Below, piece by piece: positions 58,861-64,000 of a DNA stretch of 64,000 nucleotides. The stretch is from IMG/VR virus record IMGVR_UViG_3300044631_002422, positions 84,314 to 148,313 of that record; one strand, written 5' to 3'. The first letter of the stretch is position 1. Each line of letters opens with the position of its first letter. Below the pieces are notes generated by a model. That model worked only from the letters and a program-made list of their open reading frames with translations, searched no databases and had not been told where the DNA came from. Source of the DNA: a virus. Position numbers and translations under genes: made by a program.

Positions 58861-61500
58861 TTACCAGAATAAAAGACATCGGAAACATTCTGAAAATGAC
58901 GCTCGGTTAAGCCATAAATATTTCAGTCCATCTTTTGTTTCAAATATTTCCATACGATTACCAAGAATTGCGGTTGGAACCACGTATGGATACATACTTG
59001 CACCGTTCACGTTGGCAGTAACCACATTCAGCGAAAAAATACGTTGAGTAGCATCTTTATGAAAATAAATACGATCTTTACCATCGTAAGCAGTCATAGT
59101 TCCAGTTGTTAACGTTTCAGTTATTGGCGAAGTGGCAAGCAAATTAAATCTATCGGTGGTAATATCCCATCGGTCAAATCCAGCAACAGCGCCGCCGCGA
59201 GTACAATACACATATTTTCCGCGTATATCTTCGATACTAGTTCCAAACGCCCAGTTAACACTTGTACCCAAGCCTTTTGCAGTTTGTTCTAAGATTGCAT
59301 AGCCAGTTACAGCAGATGTTGGTGCGGTAATTGTTGCTGTGGTCAATGTATTAGATGTATTACTCGTAATGGCTACTTCCGCTGGACCACTGCTTGTCAA
59401 AATACGAAGACGTTTACCGGCCCATATATTGACTGCCCAACTCTTGCTTGTGTCTTGAAGTGTAGTGGTAGAGTGAGTTCCAGTTGCGACACCAAAGTCG
59501 GCGGCTCCGACAGCTCTAGAAGTGCAAATTGCATATCTACTAACTCCGTTCGTTGGGGCTGTAGCCGCCACAGAAAAAGTAAGAGTTGTTGCTGTATTGG
59601 AAACAATACGCATAATTTGACCAGTTACCGAACCCGAAGCAGCAGTTACTGCCGAAGCATACATATAAACTGTAAAACCAGCCCATTGATTGGTTGTCCA
59701 GTTTTTAGTTGAATCAGTTAGCGTAAGTGTACTTTGTGAACCAACAATAGTAGTGGATGCTGGGGTTCCGGCCATTGTATAAGTAAATGTAGTAGCACTT
59801 GGAACCGTTGCAATAGCTACGTTAGTTACGTTAAAATTTGCATCAGTTGCGCCACGCACTGTCACAAGTTCGCCAACACGAAATTGATGTGTATGCGCTG
59901 TAGTTACAGTTGCCGTTGTGCCAGCATTCGCTAAAGAAGCAATTGCCACTGGTTGATAGCCACCAACAGCGGCAGAAGCATTGCGAGCAATGCCAAAATC
60001 TTGTTGCCGTCCATATGATTGAATCTGAGCTTCAAAATTAACAATAGGAACACCAGCAATACCACCACCAAAAATATATGCTTTGTCTGGATCGCCCTGA
60101 ATTGAATAAACACTTGTATTGTCTGGGTTGGTTGCCCATGTTCCAACTACGGTAAGAGCAGTTGCTGTATTTGATGCAATTGGACGAACTTGACCAGCAC
60201 CAGTGCCATACAAAATTCGAACAGCGTAATTTGACCACCGATTTGTTGCCCAGTTTTTGCTGCTATCGGTTAATGTTGATGCTGCACCAGAAGTTGCTGT
60301 ACCTGCGTCAAAACCAAGAATCATATAACGACTGGTATCTGTTGGGGCAGTACCAACATCTGTCCATGTAAGTGTATTGCTGGTATTGCTAACAATTTGG
60401 CGAATTTGACCCTCGCCAGTTCCCGACGTAATATACAACCAATAACCAGCCCAGTCATTGGTACGCCAAGCTGCACGATCTACCCCAATAGAAGTATCAA
60501 TAAGTGTTGTAGTTGAACCGCCTGTAGCTTCTCCATTTGCCCAAATAGAAGCATTTTCGCTCATTCGCTCCAAGCTGATATCTGTTACAGCAGCGGTAAG
60601 AATATTGGTCATTGTTGGAAGTACATACCATGTATCCGTTAAAATATCATAAAACTGTGTTGTGATAAACGGAGCGGTTGCTGTTGCGGCGTTTGGACTA
60701 ACAAGCATAATTGCGCCAGACTGAATACGAAATACCGAAGTACTATCGGGAGTAGTAGCCCAAGCAGAATCCAATGTTAAAACCTGTGATTCAATAGCAT
60801 AAGCACTTTGCGAACCAGCAGGTGTTGAAGCAATAGCCGGAGCAAAAATGGCTGGATTGTTCATACGCATATTTGTTTGGGCGCTATCGCCAATAGTAAG
60901 TACTGTCGCGGTATTCGATAAAATACGGCGATATTGACCAACGCCCAAATTGCCAGTTACACGAACTGTATAACCAGCATATTGATTACCACCCCAACTT
61001 TTGAGAGTATCAGTCATAGTAATACCGCCAAGAGCATTGGCTACCGCTGTAACAACACCGCTATCGTGAACCACAGCCTCGGAAGCGTCAATAATTCTTC
61101 GCCGCTGACCAGCGCCAGTACCAGAAATAATTACAATATCATAACCCTTCATTGCCTCCATTGCAGCAACAGCTGGAACTGTCAATGTAGTAGACGTAGC
61201 TGAAATTACTTTACCTTCTGGTCCATATGCTCCAGCAAATTTCATAGACGAAACGTTGAATGGAGAAGCGGCTGGTGATGCTAGTTGTTGAAACATGTCG
61301 GTCCATGTATCGTAACGACTAAAGTTTGTGGCAGAAATCAAATAATAAATATACCGACCATGTTCGGTTTGCAAAAAATCAGGATTATCAGCCGAACAAG
61401 TCGAAGAAACGGCGCTAGACACTGCTGGAGCAAAACGTGTCCATTCCCAAGTTGGAAGATCAACCTGATTTGTTAAAGTATTTTTATTGAGTGCTGGCAT
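58861..61500 (-). CDS. 879-aa virion/adhesin-like protein with repeated beta modules
   Basis: About six TLxD...W...N.W.G...GTGAGQ.R.I.SNT modules; Kelch-like termini. Confidence 0.7.
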   Translation of the reverse strand: MPALNKNTLTNQVDLPTWEWTRFAPAVSSAVSSTCSADNPDFLQTEHGRYIYYLISATNFSRYDTWTDMFQQLASPAASPFNVSSMKFAGAYGPEGKVISATSTTLTVPAVAAMEAMKGYDIVIISGTGAGQRRRIIDASEAVVHDSGVVTAVANALGGITMTDTLKSWGGNQYAGYTVRVTGNLGVGQYRRILSNTATVLTIGDSAQTNMRMNNPAIFAPAIASTPAGSQSAYAIESQVLTLDSAWATTPDSTSVFRIQSGAIMLVSPNAATATAPFITTQFYDILTDTWYVLPTMTNILTAAVTDISLERMSENASIWANGEATGGSTTTLIDTSIGVDRAAWRTNDWAGYWLYITSGTGEGQIRQIVSNTSNTLTWTDVGTAPTDTSRYMILGFDAGTATSGAASTLTDSSKNWATNRWSNYAVRILYGTGAGQVRPIASNTATALTVVGTWATNPDNTSVYSIQGDPDKAYIFGGGIAGVPIVNFEAQIQSYGRQQDFGIARNASAAVGGYQPVAIASLANAGTTATVTTAHTHQFRVGELVTVRGATDANFNVTNVAIATVPSATTFTYTMAGTPASTTIVGSQSTLTLTDSTKNWTTNQWAGFTVYMYASAVTAASGSVTGQIMRIVSNTATTLTFSVAATAPTNGVSRYAICTSRAVGAADFGVATGTHSTTTLQDTSKSWAVNIWAGKRLRILTSSGPAEVAITSNTSNTLTTATITAPTSAVTGYAILEQTAKGLGTSVNWAFGTSIEDIRGKYVYCTRGGAVAGFDRWDITTDRFNLLATSPITETLTTGTMTAYDGKDRIYFHKDATQRIFSLNVVTANVNGASMYPYVVPTAILGNRMEIFETKDGLKYLWLNRASFSECFRCLLFW

Positions 61501-61510
61501 ACTGTACCCT

Positions 61511-61951
61511 TTATGTGAATTCCAAACGATTACGAATCGATTGGGTGTAGGTTTGTTTTGCTATATTAATATATTGTTCGCGATCCATACCCGCATTATT
61601 GGTTATATTAGACACGGTAGTAATCGTGCCGCCAGTAATTGTAGAAACCGTTCCAACTGTTGTAACGGTTGCCAAAGTTAAAGCTCCTGTAATTGCGTCG
61701 AGCGTAATACGTTGACGTTGCGCCGAATCAACAGTCGCATTACTTTCAAGAATTTTCACAAGCCGGGCCATCATTTCCAACAAATTATCGGTGCGGTCAA
61801 CGCGCGAAGGCATTGGATTGTCTACGCTAACATCAACCGCCACACCATCGTCACCAATTGTTGGTTTAACTCGTTGGTACAATACGTTATTAATTTCATC
61901 GGCAGCAATCGTTACTCCCGATCCGGGAGTATAACCTACATTATCTGGCAT
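61511..61951 (-). CDS. hypothetical virion-associated protein
   Basis: 146 aa with a TVTTVGTV tract. Confidence 0.65.
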   Translation of the reverse strand: MPDNVGYTPGSGVTIAADEINNVLYQRVKPTIGDDGVAVDVSVDNPMPSRVDRTDNLLEMMARLVKILESNATVDSAQRQRITLDAITGALTLATVTTVGTVSTITGGTITTVSNITNNAGMDREQYINIAKQTYTQSIRNRLEFT

Positions 61952-62370
61952 TAGGCGTTCCCATCAGTTAAAGTAAATGTATCAACAGTAAATGATTGAC
62001 CAGCAGTAAAACTCACACTACTAACTTCCATATCGCCACCTCCGCCAGTTCCAGTTACGGTTCCTTGCATAAAGCAAGTTGTATTATCTTTGGTGGCTTG
62101 GCTATTATAAATACAAAAATGCCCAGCTGTCCCAGTATTGTCTGCCGACAAATCTTGCCAAGTTCCACTCTTAGATTTACTACCAGAGCTTGCGGCAGTC
62201 ATCCAATCAGATGGTAAGTTGATTGTTGCTAAAATAGTTCCAGTTCTGGTTGCCGCGCAGTTTGCTGGAGGTGTTCCGGTACGAATTTCCAATGAACAGC
62301 TATTTCCATTAGTTGATTCAATAGTGTCAAGACGAGCATTTCTCGTTGCTGCATTAAATTGAATTGCCAT
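61951..62370 (-). CDS. hypothetical virion-associated protein
   Basis: RNARLD...GTPPA...GTAGHF...QGTV pattern. Confidence 0.7.
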   Translation of the reverse strand: MAIQFNAATRNARLDTIESTNGNSCSLEIRTGTPPANCAATRTGTILATINLPSDWMTAASSGSKSKSGTWQDLSADNTGTAGHFCIYNSQATKDNTTCFMQGTVTGTGGGGDMEVSSVSFTAGQSFTVDTFTLTDGNA

Positions 62371-62420
62371 ATTTTAACTCACATAGTAAAAGTAAAATTT
62401 TAAGAAAAATGTCATCTTTG

Positions 62421-62428
62421 TATACACA
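62421..62428 (-). promoter_or_regulatory. TGTGTATA putative promoter
   Basis: Recurring intergenic motif. Confidence 0.45.
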
Positions 62429-62451
62429 ATTTACGCGGCTAATTTTAAAAA

Positions 62452-63231
62452 TTACTGAACTCCAACCACAAAAGTTGCTGTTGAATCTGGAGTTAAAGTT
62501 TTAACCAAGTGAGTTGTGATTCCATCGCTACGTTTAATCGTCCAAGTTGTGCCTGAAATACTATATTCGAGCGCCGCTAAAACCAAAGTACATAAAGAAT
62601 GCTCTGGAGCTATACTTTCAACACTAAACATATCACGCGTAAGAATACCGTCACCAATTTTATAAGCAGCACTTGTTGCTAGTGAACTAGAATTGATGGC
62701 ATCAACAGCAAAAGCAGCACTTGTTATTGCTCCGGTAGTAAATCCTAAAACAGTAACACCAGTTGCTCCCATATCGTTAAGATATTTACCGGCAGTACCA
62801 GCACCATTATGAGGAGCAAGAACTTCATCCCAAACCGCATCGGCTATTTCAGCAACTGCCGAAGCAGACAATTCAAGACTACCAATCGCATCGGTTGCAA
62901 TTGCAGCCGCAGTAATCGCGCCATCGGTAAACGACAAAGGGGCGATTGCTTTGTTTAGCAACACCCCCGATGATTGTCCAAATTGAAAAGTTGTATTTGT
63001 ATCTTCTGCATAACCCCACCAAATAGCCACTGCGGTAGCGCCAACAGTAGCAACGAGTTGATAAGTTCCAGCCGAAACATTGCCAAAGGTAGCTATATAA
63101 AAACCTTTACGATTTGTTTGTTCAACACACGACGACGCGTTGTATGCGACTGAATCTGATCCAATCGCATACAACTTTACCGTTAGTGTCATTCCGCTTG
63201 GAGCTTCAAACTCGATTTGTTGAGTTGGCAT
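62452..63231 (-). CDS. putative fibre-like virion protein
   Basis: GAITAAAIATDAI / GAITSAAFAVDAI repeats; IADAVWDE motif. Confidence 0.65.
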   Translation of the reverse strand: MPTQQIEFEAPSGMTLTVKLYAIGSDSVAYNASSCVEQTNRKGFYIATFGNVSAGTYQLVATVGATAVAIWWGYAEDTNTTFQFGQSSGVLLNKAIAPLSFTDGAITAAAIATDAIGSLELSASAVAEIADAVWDEVLAPHNGAGTAGKYLNDMGATGVTVLGFTTGAITSAAFAVDAINSSSLATSAAYKIGDGILTRDMFSVESIAPEHSLCTLVLAALEYSISGTTWTIKRSDGITTHLVKTLTPDSTATFVVGVQ

Positions 63232-63602
63232 TATTGAGGCTCGGGTTCGGGTTCTGGATCAGGTTCTGGCTCAGGAACCGGAGGACTCATTTGATCGGAA
63301 ATCCATTGCTTAAGCGGATTAACAGCCAAAAGAATTGCGCCCATTGCCTGTGCAACTTCTGGAACTTCAGCAACTGCCTGCATCAACTTATCGGAAGAAA
63401 TAGTCTGAACCTGTGGTAAGGTTTCAAAAGTTTCACTTGACATGGGCAGATATTCAATCACCACTAACCCACCGCCACTTTGATCGGTTGGCGATAAAGT
63501 GCGAATTACAATCTGACTAATCCACAGAGAATCAAACGATTTTTCTGTGGCAGCAGGAATAGTAACTGGCGTTTCTAGCGGAATAATTATAGATTCGGGC
63601 AT
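63231..63602 (-). CDS. hypothetical protein with PE-repeat tail
   Basis: 123 aa ending PEPEPDPEPEPEPQ. Confidence 0.65.
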   Translation of the reverse strand: MPESIIIPLETPVTIPAATEKSFDSLWISQIVIRTLSPTDQSGGGLVVIEYLPMSSETFETLPQVQTISSDKLMQAVAEVPEVAQAMGAILLAVNPLKQWISDQMSPPVPEPEPDPEPEPEPQ

Positions 63603-63605
63603 TAC

Positions 63606-63743
63606 TTAGCTTCCCCCGGTTGAAGACGCAAGAGCTTTTGAGATTGTTTGTAAAGCCTGTTGTATAGTTTCATGGTCCTTGCGGGTTCCAGCAACATTTT
63701 GAGTAACTTGATCGAGAATTTGAAGAGCTTGTTCTGGAGTCAT
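63606..63743 (-). CDS. small hypothetical protein (45 aa, not in the ORF track)
   Basis: MTPEQALQILDQVTQNVAGTRKDHETIQQALQTISKALASSTGGS*; AAGGA RBS. Confidence 0.7.
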   Translation of the reverse strand: MTPEQALQILDQVTQNVAGTRKDHETIQQALQTISKALASSTGGS

Positions 63744-63841
63744 ATTTATATCCTTCTTAAAAACATTGAAAAAACACTACTAATGAATTATACCCATAAA
63801 TCAAGAAAAAACCACTTGGTTTGAGATATTTTCAAAAAAAT

Positions 63842-64000
63842 TTATCGTTTGAATGGAATTATCCCACGACCAATCATATCTTTAACTACAGTTAAATTAC
63901 CGGACACATCCTTTATGGCAAGATGAACAGCAGTGCGTTCAGAAGAATCTCCAACGAATCCAATGTTTCTAGGTCCAGTTCCAGTGGCTGTTTCGGTAAC
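63842..64000 (-). CDS. 3' end of a gene cut by the window edge
   Basis: Open frame VTETATGTGPRNIG...GIIPFKR*. Confidence 0.55.
   Translation of the reverse strand, partial: VTETATGTGPRNIGFVGDSSERTAVHLAIKDVSGNLTVVKDMIGRGIIPFKR

Noticed and set aside
63234-63278. Short GGTTC/GGCTC DNA repeats
   Set aside because: They simply encode the low-complexity PEPEPD tail.
219-63419. Many 60-130 aa ORFs antisense to or nested in longer genes
   Set aside because: No recognisable motifs or RBS, and they conflict with well-supported genes; treated as chance ORFs.
1-64000. Stop-codon reassignment
   Set aside because: Genes are full-length in code 11 and end in TAA, TAG and TGA with tight operon packing.

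Overview
This is a gene-dense 64-kb segment of a large tailed dsDNA bacteriophage, read in standard code 11 (TAA, TAG and TGA all act as stops). It has two convergent arms. The + arm (1-34.9 kb) carries PhoH and a bacterial-type replication/recombination module: RecA-like recombinase with a class 3 intein starting with Asp, DnaB, DnaG, dNMP kinase, Cas4-like nuclease, DnaQ-like exonuclease and SSB. Its DnaE-type polymerase is encoded in three genes, with one plain split and one naturally split intein enclosing a Vsr-like/EDxHD homing endonuclease. A ~14-kb glycosyltransferase/methyltransferase/GDP-fucose island follows. The - arm (34.9-64 kb) is a siphovirus-like head-tail/tail module with Ser/Thr-rich repeat proteins and a 2919-aa tape measure protein. 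That protein holds four copies of a DT(V/I)PAMLxxGEFV motif bracketing non-helical inserts, one of which has nuclease-like and HAD-like motifs. A TGTGTAT(A)-type motif recurs in the larger intergenic gaps. No tRNA, rRNA, CRISPR array or reverse transcriptase was recognised. All functional calls come from motif recognition by eye; no database searches were run.
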